DNA from: Candidatus Giovannonibacteria bacterium RIFCSPHIGHO2_12_FULL_44_22
GTDB lineage: Bacteria; Patescibacteriota; Minisyncoccia; UBA11713; 2-01-FULL-45-33
Length of the DNA: 60,676 nucleotides
Assembly (NCBI GenBank): GCA_001778695.1
Contig: MFHU01000012.1
Coordinates: 1 to 60,676, forward strand
Direction: 5' to 3'
The first letter of the stretch is position 1. Every line of letters begins with the position of its first letter. The notes under the pieces are model-generated. The model worked only from the letters and a program-made list of their open reading frames with translations. It did not search any database and had not been told where the DNA came from. The translations under genes were made by a program, and so were the position numbers. Positions 20,283 through 30,196 of the stretch are shown piece by piece.

Positions 20283-21303
20283 AGGGAAAACAATTTTAGT
20301 CACTGGCGGCACCGGATCCATAGGTTCCGAGATCGTGCGCCAGCTTTTGAAATTCAAGCCGAAAAAAATCCGTGTTTTCGCGCGGCACGAAGACAGGCAC
20401 TACACTTTAATGAACGAGCTAGTCGCCGACGATGAAAGCTTGCGGTTCGTGATTGGTGACATCCGCGACAGGGACCGGTTGAGAATGGCTATGGAAGGCG
20501 TGGATGTTGTTTTTCACGCGGCGGCTTTAAAACAAGTGGCTATGTCGGAATATAATCCGTTTGAAGTTGTTAAAACTAATATCGTGGGGACTCAAAATGT
20601 AATTGAAGTGGCGCGTGATTTGAATATTAATAAAGTGATTGGCATCTCAACCGATAAAGTCGCGGAGCCAGAAGGAGTTTTAGGCGTGTCCAAACTTATG
20701 GCTGAAAAATTGTTTTTGGCTTCCTATTATTATAAAGGAAACAAAAAAACAAAATTTGCTTGCGTAAGATTCGGGAATGTTTTAGGCAGTCGCGGAAGCA
20801 TTCTGCCACTTTTAAAAAAGCAGATTAATTCAAAAGGAGAAATAACTATGACAGATCCAAGAATGACTAGATTTATTATGACAGTACCTCAAGCGGCAAG
20901 CCTCGTGCTCCGAGCGACCAATATAATGCGTGGGCAGGAAGTATTCGTTCTTAAAATGCCGGCCGTGCGTTTGACCGATTTGATAAAAACAGCCGTGGCT
21001 TACTACGCGCCGCTTTGCGGCAAAAAACCCGCGGACATTAAAGTTAATGTGGCTGGTCGCCGAGATGGGGAAAAAATTCATGAAAAACTCTTGGCCGATC
21101 ATGAAATACCGCGAGTTTTAGAAATGGAAGATATGTATATTCTGACTCCGCACCAAAAAGTTTTGAAGGACGAATACGGGGCGCGTTATCCGGCTAAGCC
21201 GTTAAAAGTAAGCAGCGAAAATTTTTCATCCGAATTTGCTCCCAAACTTTCCAAAATCAAGCTTCTGAAGCTTATCAAAGACGCCGATGTCCACCAAATT
21301 TAG
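20266..21303 (+). CDS. UDP-sugar 4,6-dehydratase of the PseB/CapD (short polysaccharide-biosynthesis SDR) type
   Basis: KGKTILVTGGTGSIGSE, AALKQV, STDKV and RFGNVLGSRGS are present. The GTG start overlaps the neuB end. Confidence 0.7.
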   Translation: MQNEFKGKTILVTGGTGSIGSEIVRQLLKFKPKKIRVFARHEDRHYTLMNELVADDESLRFVIGDIRDRDRLRMAMEGVDVVFHAAALKQVAMSEYNPFEVVKTNIVGTQNVIEVARDLNINKVIGISTDKVAEPEGVLGVSKLMAEKLFLASYYYKGNKKTKFACVRFGNVLGSRGSILPLLKKQINSKGEITMTDPRMTRFIMTVPQAASLVLRATNIMRGQEVFVLKMPAVRLTDLIKTAVAYYAPLCGKKPADIKVNVAGRRDGEKIHEKLLADHEIPRVLEMEDMYILTPHQKVLKDEYGARYPAKPLKVSSENFSSEFAPKLSKIKLLKLIKDADVHQI

Positions 21304-23080
21304 CGAAAATTTAACTCGGCTTAATTTATTCAGAAGGGCCTTTGGGGAATACAAATCAGAAATAATTTTACTGACATTTCTTTCGTTTCTGAGCGGTTTT
21401 TTAGAAAGCGTAGGAATAAGCGCCATAATCCCTTTGTTTTCTTTTGTGAGCAAGGATCAAGCGCCCAGCAGCGACTTTATCTCCCGAGCCATTGAAAAAT
21501 TTTTTTTCTACGCCCATCTGGAATACACTCTAACCTCTCTGCTTATTTTTATAATTTTGCTTTTTCTGGTAAAAGCCGCAGCTCTTTTTTTGGCTACCTA
21601 TCTGGCCACGCGCACTACCGTTGCTTTTGAAACTAAAACTAGAAATGAACTTTTCTCGGAAACTTTAAAAGCCGATTGGCCTTATCTTTCGGAGCAGAAA
21701 GTGGGGTATCTTGATCAGGTTTTGACTAACGACATAGACCAAAGTTCCAAGCTTCTTACTTATATCAGCTCATCCATAATAGTTTTGGCCAATTTAATCG
21801 CTTATGGTCTTTTGGTGGTGAACATTTCATGGGTTGTGGCGCTACTTACGCTAATTTTGGGCGGAGCGGTGCTTTTAGCATTAAAGCCGCTTTTTAATAA
21901 AAACACAGAAATCTCGGAGGAAAAAAGCAGAATCTATAAGGAACTGGCGCATCATGCAAACGAAAACGTATTGGGAATGAAATTTGTAAAATCCGCTTTT
22001 GTTGAAGAAAGGGTTTTGGAAAAAAGCAGAGAATATTTTGAGAAAATAAAAAAATTAAATTTGAGAGTGTCCGCTTTAAGAAACGCAACCACAGTTTTAA
22101 TTCAGCCTATAGGCCTTATTTTTGTTATTACCATATTTGCTTTCTTTTACAAAATGACTGTTTTTAATTTCGCTTCATTTGCGGTTATAGTTTACGCAAT
22201 CAACAAAATTTTCGCTCTTATTCAGCAGGCCCAGTCCAACATCCACACTATCAATGGGCAGATTCCATATCTGGCGAGCGTATTGAAATATAAAAACGAG
22301 GCAAAAAAACACGAGGAGCGCGATTTGGGAACAGCGAGTTTCTATTTTCAAAATAAATTGGAATTTAACAATGTAATTTTTTTTTATAAGTATAGAGAAC
22401 AGAATGTTTTGTGGGATGTTACTTTCTCCCTAACGAAAGGCGAAATGGCTGGACTTATCGGCCCCTCTGGAGCGGGGAAAACCACGGTGGTTGATTTGAT
22501 TTTGCGCCTTTATTCGCCGCGAAATGGCGAAATTTTACTTGACGGAAAAAATATCACTGATGTCCGCATGGCGGACTGGCGGAAAAACATCGGGTATGTT
22601 TCGCAAGACATTTTTTTGCTTAATGACACGATTGAGAACAATATAAAGTTTTATAGCGATGATGTCACCAAAGATAATATGGCGCATGCGGCTAAGATGG
22701 CCAATATCTACGATTTCATAGAATCTTTGCCGAATAAATTTGATACCGTAGTAGGCGAACGCGGGATTTTGCTTTCTGGCGGTCAGCGCCAACGGATAAT
22801 TTTGGCTAGGGTTTTGGCCCGGCACCCGCAGATTTTGGTTTTAGATGAAGCTACCAGCGCGCTGGATGACGAATCGGAAATTTTGATACAAAAAGCCATT
22901 GAGGGTCTGCGAGGGAAAATAACTGTGCTGGCAATAGCTCACCGCTTGTCTACGGTTAAAGCTTCGGATAAGCTTATCGTGTTGGACGAAGGAAAAATCA
23001 TTGAAGAAGGCTCCCCGGAAGAACTTCTTAAAAACAAAGATTCGTATTTTTTTAAAGTTTATAATTTAAGAACAACCTAA
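21287..23080 (+). CDS. ABC exporter, fused TMD-NBD (MsbA/PglK-like); candidate lipid-linked glycan flippase
   Basis: A six-TM N-terminal half is followed by Walker A (GPSGAGKTT), the signature LSGGQRQR and Walker B (LVLDEATSALD). Confidence 0.85.
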   Translation: MSTKFSENLTRLNLFRRAFGEYKSEIILLTFLSFLSGFLESVGISAIIPLFSFVSKDQAPSSDFISRAIEKFFFYAHLEYTLTSLLIFIILLFLVKAAALFLATYLATRTTVAFETKTRNELFSETLKADWPYLSEQKVGYLDQVLTNDIDQSSKLLTYISSSIIVLANLIAYGLLVVNISWVVALLTLILGGAVLLALKPLFNKNTEISEEKSRIYKELAHHANENVLGMKFVKSAFVEERVLEKSREYFEKIKKLNLRVSALRNATTVLIQPIGLIFVITIFAFFYKMTVFNFASFAVIVYAINKIFALIQQAQSNIHTINGQIPYLASVLKYKNEAKKHEERDLGTASFYFQNKLEFNNVIFFYKYREQNVLWDVTFSLTKGEMAGLIGPSGAGKTTVVDLILRLYSPRNGEILLDGKNITDVRMADWRKNIGYVSQDIFLLNDTIENNIKFYSDDVTKDNMAHAAKMANIYDFIESLPNKFDTVVGERGILLSGGQRQRIILARVLARHPQILVLDEATSALDDESEILIQKAIEGLRGKITVLAIAHRLSTVKASDKLIVLDEGKIIEEGSPEELLKNKDSYFFKVYNLRTT

Positions 23081-23082
23081 CT

Positions 23083-24504
23083 ATGCGTATTTTTTTAATA
23101 CAATGGGGCGGCGATTCTGTGCGGGAGCTTTTTGATGTTGTGAAAGAATTAAAGGCGCGATCGCACAAAATCGTATATTGGGTTGCGGATAAAAATTGGC
23201 CATTGGACAGGTCGCAGTTTTCTGGGACTATTTTTCACGATTTGGAGGATGCCATTGAGGGTAGGTCGGCTGCGGCGGTGGATACTTCTCAATTTACACC
23301 GCCGGGAGATGACCTGATCGCACAGCTTTACGAGACGGAATCGCTTCTCTTAACTATGATGAACAAGCGTTACGGTCACTTGTCGGTGAGTGAGCGGAAA
23401 CGCTTTTATTATCGGCTTATACAATACTGGCAGGGGATTTTAAAACATTATCGGCCTGATGTGATTATTTTTCCGCTTGTTCCCCACTCAGTTTATGATC
23501 TTGTGATTTATTTTCTGGCCAAGCTCCTAGGCATTAAAACCGTTATGTTTACAGCCACGCAGGATTTTATACGCCTTATGGTAATGAATGATTTTGTTGA
23601 AGGAGGCAGAATATTAAAAAAAACAATTGAGGAAAATAAGCAAAAACAATTTTCGCTGGAGGATTTGAGCGATGATCTACGCGGATATTTTTTCAAACAT
23701 ACCAGCCAGGGTGGCGATCCTACTCCGCCAAATATGATAAATATCCAAAAACAATACGGCCGAAGCAGGGCGGCAATTTTGTTGGACGCAATTAAGAGTT
23801 TTACTTTATTCTCTAAGGCGGTTAATTACGCAAAAAAGCGATTCGGCTCAAATTTGCGGAAAGAATACCAAGGCTTGGAAAAACCCCCGGATCTTTCCAG
23901 AAATTTTATCTATGTGCCGTTGCAATATCAGCCGGAGGCGACCACTAGCCCGTTGGCTGGGAATTTTGCCGACCAGTGCCTTTTAATTGAAACTTTAGCC
24001 GCCGCGATTCCAGACAACTGGGTTATTTACGTAAAAGAGCATCCCAGGCAATTTATTTTTTCCGGATTAAATTTCTCGCAATATCGGTACTGTGGATATT
24101 ACGAAGACATTGCTCGGTTAAAAAAAGTGCAAATTGTCCCGACAACAACCGATACATATTCGCTGATAAATTTTTCTAAAGCTGTCGCAATAAATACTGG
24201 CACTGCTGGGTTGGAAGCCGCGCTGCGGTTAAAACCAGTTCTTGTTTTCGGGTATGCGTGGTATAGGGATTGCCCGGGAATGTTTGTAGTGCGGGACACG
24301 GATTCCTGCCGGGAGGCAATAAAAAAAATTATTGGAGGCGCTCGGATAGACACTCAGCAGCTTATAAATTATTTCGCGGCGGTAGATAGGGCAAGTTTCC
24401 CCGGCTATGTCGAGCCGCATCTTAAGAAACTTTCTACAATCAGCGAAGAAGAAAATGTCGCTAATCTTACAAAGGCACTTATTGATGAAATAGAAACATC
24501 ATGA
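23083..24504 (+). CDS. Capsule-polysaccharide-biosynthesis family protein (KpsS/KpsC-like), second paralog
   Basis: YVPLQYQPEATTSP, VKEHPRQF and NTGTAGLEAALRLKPVLVFGYAWY mirror the motifs of 3851..5392. Confidence 0.55.
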   Translation: MRIFLIQWGGDSVRELFDVVKELKARSHKIVYWVADKNWPLDRSQFSGTIFHDLEDAIEGRSAAAVDTSQFTPPGDDLIAQLYETESLLLTMMNKRYGHLSVSERKRFYYRLIQYWQGILKHYRPDVIIFPLVPHSVYDLVIYFLAKLLGIKTVMFTATQDFIRLMVMNDFVEGGRILKKTIEENKQKQFSLEDLSDDLRGYFFKHTSQGGDPTPPNMINIQKQYGRSRAAILLDAIKSFTLFSKAVNYAKKRFGSNLRKEYQGLEKPPDLSRNFIYVPLQYQPEATTSPLAGNFADQCLLIETLAAAIPDNWVIYVKEHPRQFIFSGLNFSQYRYCGYYEDIARLKKVQIVPTTTDTYSLINFSKAVAINTGTAGLEAALRLKPVLVFGYAWYRDCPGMFVVRDTDSCREAIKKIIGGARIDTQQLINYFAAVDRASFPGYVEPHLKKLSTISEEENVANLTKALIDEIETS

Positions 24505-25271
24505 CTCGCGACAAAATTTTAAGAAATCTACCTGAAAAAATAAATGAACTTTATGAAACCGGAAAGTATTATGTTTCGATGCCGCCGGTTGGCAACAAGG
24601 ATTTTGAAGAAAGCTACTGGCATGTTGTTGTGGATCCGGACGGAAAGGTGAGAAACAGGCTAAAAGAAAAAAAAGTTTTTTTGGGAGATATTAACTATAT
24701 ACTTGATTATATTTCTGATTTGAAGCCGGGAAAAATTTTAGATGTGGGATGCGGTTTAGGTTGGATGTTATCTGCATTAGGTGACGAATGGGGAAAATAT
24801 GGCATGGAAATTTCAAAGGTAGCCGCCGAATTTGCCGGAAAATTCGGTAAAATATTCCACGGTCCGCTCTCGAAAAGTCCTTATAAAGATAATTTTTTTA
24901 ACGTAGTTTTTATGCATCATGTGATTGAACATCTTAAAAAACCGGAAAAAGATTTTAAGATTATAAAAAAGATTTTAAAACCCGGCGGGCTTTTAATTCT
25001 TGGCACTCCGGATTTTGATTCAGGATGCGCAAGGTTATTCAGGAAGAATTACCGCTTACTTCATGATGAAACGCACATCAGTTTATTTTCAAACGATTCT
25101 ATGCATAGATTCCTCCGCGATCATGGCTTTAAAATTTTACAGGTTGAGTATCCGTTTTTTGAGACGCGATTTTTCACGAAAGAAAATTTAAACCGCCTTT
25201 TTAATAGAAAAAAAATCTCGCCTCCATTTTACGGGAATTTTATGACTTTTTTTTGCAGAAACAAAAAATGA
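24501..25271 (+). CDS. Class I SAM-dependent methyltransferase
   Basis: ILDVGCGLGWML (motif I) is present, and LKPGGLLILGTPD lies downstream. Confidence 0.8.
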   Translation: MTRDKILRNLPEKINELYETGKYYVSMPPVGNKDFEESYWHVVVDPDGKVRNRLKEKKVFLGDINYILDYISDLKPGKILDVGCGLGWMLSALGDEWGKYGMEISKVAAEFAGKFGKIFHGPLSKSPYKDNFFNVVFMHHVIEHLKKPEKDFKIIKKILKPGGLLILGTPDFDSGCARLFRKNYRLLHDETHISLFSNDSMHRFLRDHGFKILQVEYPFFETRFFTKENLNRLFNRKKISPPFYGNFMTFFCRNKK

Positions 25272-25969
25272 CAAAAATTCTTTCCATTATTCCTGCTCGC
25301 GGAGGGTCAAAGGGAATCCCGCGCAAAAATATCCGGCTTTTAAACGGCAAGCCGCTGATCGCCTGGACTATCGGCGCCGCTTTGGAATCGGGCGTGATTG
25401 ATAAACTCGTAGTTTCCACGGAAGACGCGGAAATAGCCGAGATTGCTCGCAAATACGGCGCCGAAGTCGTAGATCGACCGATGGAATTGGCGGGGGACGC
25501 CGTGCTTACGGAGCCAGTTATGTCGCACGCGCTTGAAGTTGTTGAAGCCGCCGGTTACAAACCGGATTATGTTTCTCTGATTCAATGCACCTCGCCGTTT
25601 TTAAACAAAGAAATTATTCGCGAAGCTGCTGGTAAGGTTCTGAACCAAGGTTTTAATTCATGCATTACTTGTTTTTTGCCGGATAGGCATGAATTTAAGT
25701 GGAGAAAAGAAGACCTCGGCGAACATTTTATCCCTGAACATGATGTGGAGCGCCGCCCAAGGCGTCAAGACTTGCCGAAAATTTATCATGAAAACGGCGC
25801 GTTTTATATTACCAAGACTGATTTTTTTAAAAAAACAAAAAATCGCTTTGGCGGCAGTGAAGCTCGCGTGACGGCAATTTTAATGAACGAGACAGAATCT
25901 TTGCAAATTGATAACGAACACGACCTCTGGCTCGCAGAACTTTTGATGAAAAAATTTGGCAAAAAATAA
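25253..25969 (+). CDS. Acylneuraminate (nonulosonate) cytidylyltransferase, copy 2
   Basis: SIIPARGGSKGIPRKN and the QCTSPF motif are present. An alternative start is the Met at 25268. Confidence 0.8.
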   Translation: MQKQKMTKILSIIPARGGSKGIPRKNIRLLNGKPLIAWTIGAALESGVIDKLVVSTEDAEIAEIARKYGAEVVDRPMELAGDAVLTEPVMSHALEVVEAAGYKPDYVSLIQCTSPFLNKEIIREAAGKVLNQGFNSCITCFLPDRHEFKWRKEDLGEHFIPEHDVERRPRRQDLPKIYHENGAFYITKTDFFKKTKNRFGGSEARVTAILMNETESLQIDNEHDLWLAELLMKKFGKK

Positions 25970-26017
25970 AAAAAGGCGCTGTTACATAATTGAAATTATT
26001 GGGGTTATAATGATTGT

Positions 26018-26962
26018 ATGTCAGTAGTAGAAATTAACAAAAAGTATGTGGGCGAAGGACATCCTTGTTTTGTGGTGGCCGAAATTGGAATCAATCACAA
26101 TGGCAGTTTAGAAATAGCAAAGAAATTAATTGATGTTGCCGTGGCCGCAGGATGCGACGCGGTGAAGTTTCAAAAAAGGACGGTGCCTGCGGTCTATAGC
26201 CAAAGCGAACTTCAAAAACCACGCGAGGTTCCTCACGATATTCTTGTGTCAGCGATGCGCAGGAACATATTTGGCAAAGATGTTGTGGCGCGTTTTGCCA
26301 CTTCAAATTTTTTAGATACCCTTAATGGCGATTTGAAATGGGCGCTGGAATTGACTGAAGACGAGTATCGGGAAATAGATAAATACTGCAAAGAGAAAAA
26401 TATTTTGTGGCTTGCCTCGCCTTGGGACGAAGCCAGCGTTGATTTTTTGGAAAAGTTAGATGTGCCTTGCTATAAAATTGCTTCTGCAAGTCTCACAGAC
26501 GAAGACCTCCTAAAACATATCCGATCAAAGGGCAAACCCGTTATTTTGTCCACCGGCATGAGCACGATGGAAGAACTTGAACGCGCGGTAGAAGTTTTGG
26601 GAGAAAAAGATTTGATTATTTTGCACTGCGTTTCCACTTATCCCGCCAAAGACGAAGATCTCAATCTTAGGGCGATAACAACTCTCAAAAAAAGATTTCC
26701 TAACGTCCCGATTGGATACAGCGGGCATGAAATTGGAGTATCCACATCAGTAATGGCGGCGGTCTTGGGGGCGGACATGGTGGAAAGGCATATTACTTTA
26801 GACCGGACAATGTGGGGGAGCGACCAGGCGGCGAGCTTAGAACCGCAGGGCATCGCGCTTGTGGCTCGCGATATCAGAAAATGGGAGAACGCCAAGGGCG
26901 ATGGCATTAAGCGTTTGCTTGATGCGGAGGTTCCGATAAAACAGAAGTTGAGAAGAAAGTAA
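26018..26962 (+). CDS. NeuB-family aldolase-type synthase, copy 2, lacking the SAF domain
   Basis: FVVAEIGINHNGSL, DAVKFQK, YKIASAS and GYSGHE are present. The protein ends ~40 aa after the TIM-barrel region with no SAF segment. Confidence 0.75.
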   Translation: MSVVEINKKYVGEGHPCFVVAEIGINHNGSLEIAKKLIDVAVAAGCDAVKFQKRTVPAVYSQSELQKPREVPHDILVSAMRRNIFGKDVVARFATSNFLDTLNGDLKWALELTEDEYREIDKYCKEKNILWLASPWDEASVDFLEKLDVPCYKIASASLTDEDLLKHIRSKGKPVILSTGMSTMEELERAVEVLGEKDLIILHCVSTYPAKDEDLNLRAITTLKKRFPNVPIGYSGHEIGVSTSVMAAVLGADMVERHITLDRTMWGSDQAASLEPQGIALVARDIRKWENAKGDGIKRLLDAEVPIKQKLRRK

Positions 26963-26982
26963 TATTGCGGTATCATTAAAAA

Positions 26983-29190
26983 ATGTCGCAAAAAACTGTA
27001 AACAATATTGTTTTAGCAGTAAAAATCGGGCTCTATATTTTACCGGTTTTGTCTTTGATTGTGGCCGGCAATTTTTTCGCCAATATTTTTATGCCCGGAG
27101 TAGGCGATTTATTTTTCCCGTTTATCGCCGGCAAGAATTTTTTCTTTAGAATAGTAGTTGAAATCCTATTTGGTTTGTGGGCAACCGCCGCCATCTTTGA
27201 TAAAAAATACCGCCCGCATACGTCGCCAATTTTCTGGGCGGTTTTGGCTACTGTGGGAGTTTTAACGCTTTCTACGATTTTCGGCGAAAATCCCTACCGC
27301 AGTTTCTGGTCAAATTACGAAAGAATGGAGGGGCTGGTGGCGCATCTCCATCTTTTGGCATATTTTATAATTTTAATCAGCGTATTTAAAAATGAAACCG
27401 ACTGGCGGAGGTTTTTCTATTCCTCTATAGCGGTAAGTTTTATTATCACTGCGTACTCCTATCTCCAGTTCATGGGCAAACTGGAGATTCATCAATCAAG
27501 CGACCGACTTGATGCAACTTTGGGAAATGCTACTTACCTCGCCATTTTTTTGATTTTTAATATTTGCCTCGCGGTTTATTATTTGTTAAAGGAGCGGAGA
27601 ATTTGGGCGCGCAGCTTGCTTATTTTTGCTTTAGTCATGGAAGTTCCTATTGTTTTTTTGACGGCAACACGCGGCGCCATTTTGGGCCTCATTGGCAGCG
27701 CCGTTCTTTTTTCCATCTTAATGGCGTTGCTGGAAGGGAGCCGACGTTCAAAGATTTTAGCCGGAGGAATTATAAGCGTCGTTTTAACGCTCTTGGGGAT
27801 TTTTTTCGCGTTAAGAAACACTGATTTTATAAATAAGAATTACGTGCTTAAACGTTTTTCTGATATTTCGCTGAAGGAGCAGACGGTTAAATCGAGGTTT
27901 ACTATTTGGGGGATGGCTTTTGAGGGGTTTAAGGAGCATCCTATTTTTGGCTGGGGGCCGGAAAATTTTAATTTGGTGTTCAATAAATATTATAAGCCCC
28001 AGCTTTGGCCGCAGGAGCCGTGGTTTGACAGGGCGCATAACGTAATTTTTGACTGGCTGATCCACGGCGGCATTTTAGGCCTTCTGGCTTACCTCGGCGC
28101 TTTTATTTTGGGGCTTTACACGCTCTGGAAAAAGCAATCGGACAAGCTAGCCAAAGCTGTTTTTACGGCGCTTTTCGCCGCCTATTTTTTTCACAACTTT
28201 TTTGTTTTTGACAACCTCACTTCTTATTTTATGTTTTTTGCCGTTCTGGGATTCATTCATTTTTTGGGAAATATTCAGCCGGTCAATCGTTCAGGCGCGG
28301 AAACTTTCTTTGCTAAATACATCGCTGTCATTTTTATTTTTCTTGCCGTGATTTTCTCTTTATATTTCGTAAATATAAAACCGCTTTTGGCCGGTCAAGC
28401 ATTACTCAATACTCTGAAAGACATAGCCGTTTCAGCGCAAAATGTTGATGTTGTCTTGGGTAATTTTGATAAAGTTTTTAGGTACAATACTTTCGGCAGT
28501 GGCGAGGCAAGGGAGCAATTAAGCAGTTACGCCAGCAACGCGCTTGCTTTTAATATTTCAAACGAACTCAAGATTAAGGTCCTGCAAAAAGCCATTTCTG
28601 AAATGGAGCGTCAAGTTGCTGAAAATCCAAAAGACACGAGGTCTCATCTTTTTCTTTCGGCGCTTTATTTGAAAGGCGGGAGAACAGATGATGCTTTCAA
28701 AGCCCTAGACAAGGCGCAGGAATTATCGCCAAAAAAACAACAGATATTTTTCTTGCAAGCGGACGCTTTAATAGGGAAGGGAGACAATAACAAAGCTTTT
28801 GAAATTTTAAAAAAAGCTTATGAGCTTGATTCAACTTACGGCGAGGCGACTAAAAATCTGGCTTTGGGCGCGGTGCTGAATAATCAAAGCGATTACGCCG
28901 AGGAAGTTCTGATGAAAACTTTTGGTAGAGCGGTAATCGCCGACCAAAATTTGCTTACGGCTTACGCCCGGGTCGGAAATTTTAAAAAAGTAAAAGACAT
29001 CTGGCTATTATTTATCAAAAATGACCCACAAAACGCCCAGTACCGCGTGAATCTGGCCGCGACTTATATGCAATTGGGAGAAAGGCAAAACGCTATAAAA
29101 GAATTGCAAAAAGCCATAGAAATAAACCCGCAATTTAAAGCGCAGGGCGAGCAATTTATAGAAGAAATTAAGGCCGGGCGAAATCCGTAG
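26983..29190 (+). CDS. Polytopic membrane protein with an O-antigen ligase/Wzy_C-like core and C-terminal TPR repeats
   Basis: It has more than 10 predicted TM segments, an ATRGAILGL loop typical of Wzy_C proteins and a C-terminal ~250 aa of TPR-like repeats (ALYLKGGRTDDAFKALDKAQEL...). Confidence 0.7.
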   Translation: MSQKTVNNIVLAVKIGLYILPVLSLIVAGNFFANIFMPGVGDLFFPFIAGKNFFFRIVVEILFGLWATAAIFDKKYRPHTSPIFWAVLATVGVLTLSTIFGENPYRSFWSNYERMEGLVAHLHLLAYFIILISVFKNETDWRRFFYSSIAVSFIITAYSYLQFMGKLEIHQSSDRLDATLGNATYLAIFLIFNICLAVYYLLKERRIWARSLLIFALVMEVPIVFLTATRGAILGLIGSAVLFSILMALLEGSRRSKILAGGIISVVLTLLGIFFALRNTDFINKNYVLKRFSDISLKEQTVKSRFTIWGMAFEGFKEHPIFGWGPENFNLVFNKYYKPQLWPQEPWFDRAHNVIFDWLIHGGILGLLAYLGAFILGLYTLWKKQSDKLAKAVFTALFAAYFFHNFFVFDNLTSYFMFFAVLGFIHFLGNIQPVNRSGAETFFAKYIAVIFIFLAVIFSLYFVNIKPLLAGQALLNTLKDIAVSAQNVDVVLGNFDKVFRYNTFGSGEAREQLSSYASNALAFNISNELKIKVLQKAISEMERQVAENPKDTRSHLFLSALYLKGGRTDDAFKALDKAQELSPKKQQIFFLQADALIGKGDNNKAFEILKKAYELDSTYGEATKNLALGAVLNNQSDYAEEVLMKTFGRAVIADQNLLTAYARVGNFKKVKDIWLLFIKNDPQNAQYRVNLAATYMQLGERQNAIKELQKAIEINPQFKAQGEQFIEEIKAGRNP

Positions 29191-29307
29191 GCTAAGGGTT
29201 ATCCACAGACGAGGATTTTGCGCTTTATATCTTTAGATTGCTATACTAAAGACAATCTTTAAAGCGTCGATGCTTTATTTTATAAGCTTTTATTAATTTA
29301 GATTTTT

Positions 29308-30168
29308 ATGAACAATTTTCTTATTAACAAACGGGAGTCTGTCGCAATTTCGCTGGCGGTCTTGGCTTCAGTTTTACTTGTTTCAGGCATAGTTTATTCG
29401 TCAACCATCGGTACCGATATAAGCACTGGTGGCACGCTTACGGTTTCGGGCGCCTCAACCTTGACCGGAGCCATCACTACGGGTGGCACTTTAGGGGTTT
29501 CAACTTCCACTCCCTTTACCTTGGCCGGAAATAGTTTGGCGGTTCAAGGCAATGCTTATATTTCAGGCGCTTTAGTGAATGTTTCCAATATTACCGCAAC
29601 TGGCACGCTTGCTGTTACTGGAGCGTCTACCTTAACCGGAGCGGTAGGTATAGCCAGTTCAACCCCCGTTGTTTCTAATATACTTGGAGTGCATGGGAAC
29701 ATGTGGATTTCTGGTAATTTATCAAATGTGGCAAATGTTACCGCCACGGGCACTCTTACTGTGACGGGTCTTTCAACATTAACCGCAGGGTATATTTCTG
29801 TAGCGTCATCTTCTATAGCGGCAAATCTTAACATAGCTGGGCCTGTATCCGCCTCCAGCACATTAAATGTCAAGGGCAATGTCGATGTGAATGGCACCGC
29901 TACAACAACCGCTTCTTCCGGGCAATTTGCTACGCAAGGCAAAATCGGCGCCGGCGGAACGTCCACTCCTTCAACGGAGTTGTCCGCAACAGGTTCGGGG
30001 ACCACAACTATGTATCTTGACTCCAGTGGAACAAATGCCGGCACTTGCATTGAAATGATGCAAGCCAGAGGAGCGACCGTAAATGTTTACAGAATCTATG
30101 TTGGCACAACAACCTCGCTTAACCAAGCCACGCAAATGCTGCAGGTGGAAATAGGCTCTTGCAAGTAA
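29308..30168 (+). CDS. Secreted/anchored repeat protein (Thr/Gly/Ser-rich, beta-solenoid-like repeats)
   Basis: An N-terminal TM/signal anchor is followed by iterated units (TATGTL.VTG.STLTGA...SGNLSNV.NV). The large antisense ORF is a low-complexity artefact. Confidence 0.5.
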   Translation: MNNFLINKRESVAISLAVLASVLLVSGIVYSSTIGTDISTGGTLTVSGASTLTGAITTGGTLGVSTSTPFTLAGNSLAVQGNAYISGALVNVSNITATGTLAVTGASTLTGAVGIASSTPVVSNILGVHGNMWISGNLSNVANVTATGTLTVTGLSTLTAGYISVASSSIAANLNIAGPVSASSTLNVKGNVDVNGTATTTASSGQFATQGKIGAGGTSTPSTELSATGSGTTTMYLDSSGTNAGTCIEMMQARGATVNVYRIYVGTTTSLNQATQMLQVEIGSCK

Positions 30169-30196
30169 GTTTTGACAAGTTAATTATTAATTACTT

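Noticed and set aside
29199-29207. Perfect DnaA-box 9-mers TTATCCACA at 29199..29207 and 53021..53029, and a near-perfect TTGTCCACA at 45205..45213, as a possible replication origin.
   Set aside because: They are isolated single boxes tens of kb apart. There is no cluster, no adjacent AT-rich unwinding element and no dnaA/dnaN genes. About 0.5 perfect hits are expected by chance in a window this size.
29556-30050. 164-aa antisense ORF inside the repeat-protein gene, with similar antisense or alternate-frame ORFs at 15563..15949 and 30205..30762.
   Set aside because: Low-complexity Thr/Gly/Ala-coding DNA keeps several frames open. The sense-strand proteins have signal peptides and domain logic, and the antisense ones do not.
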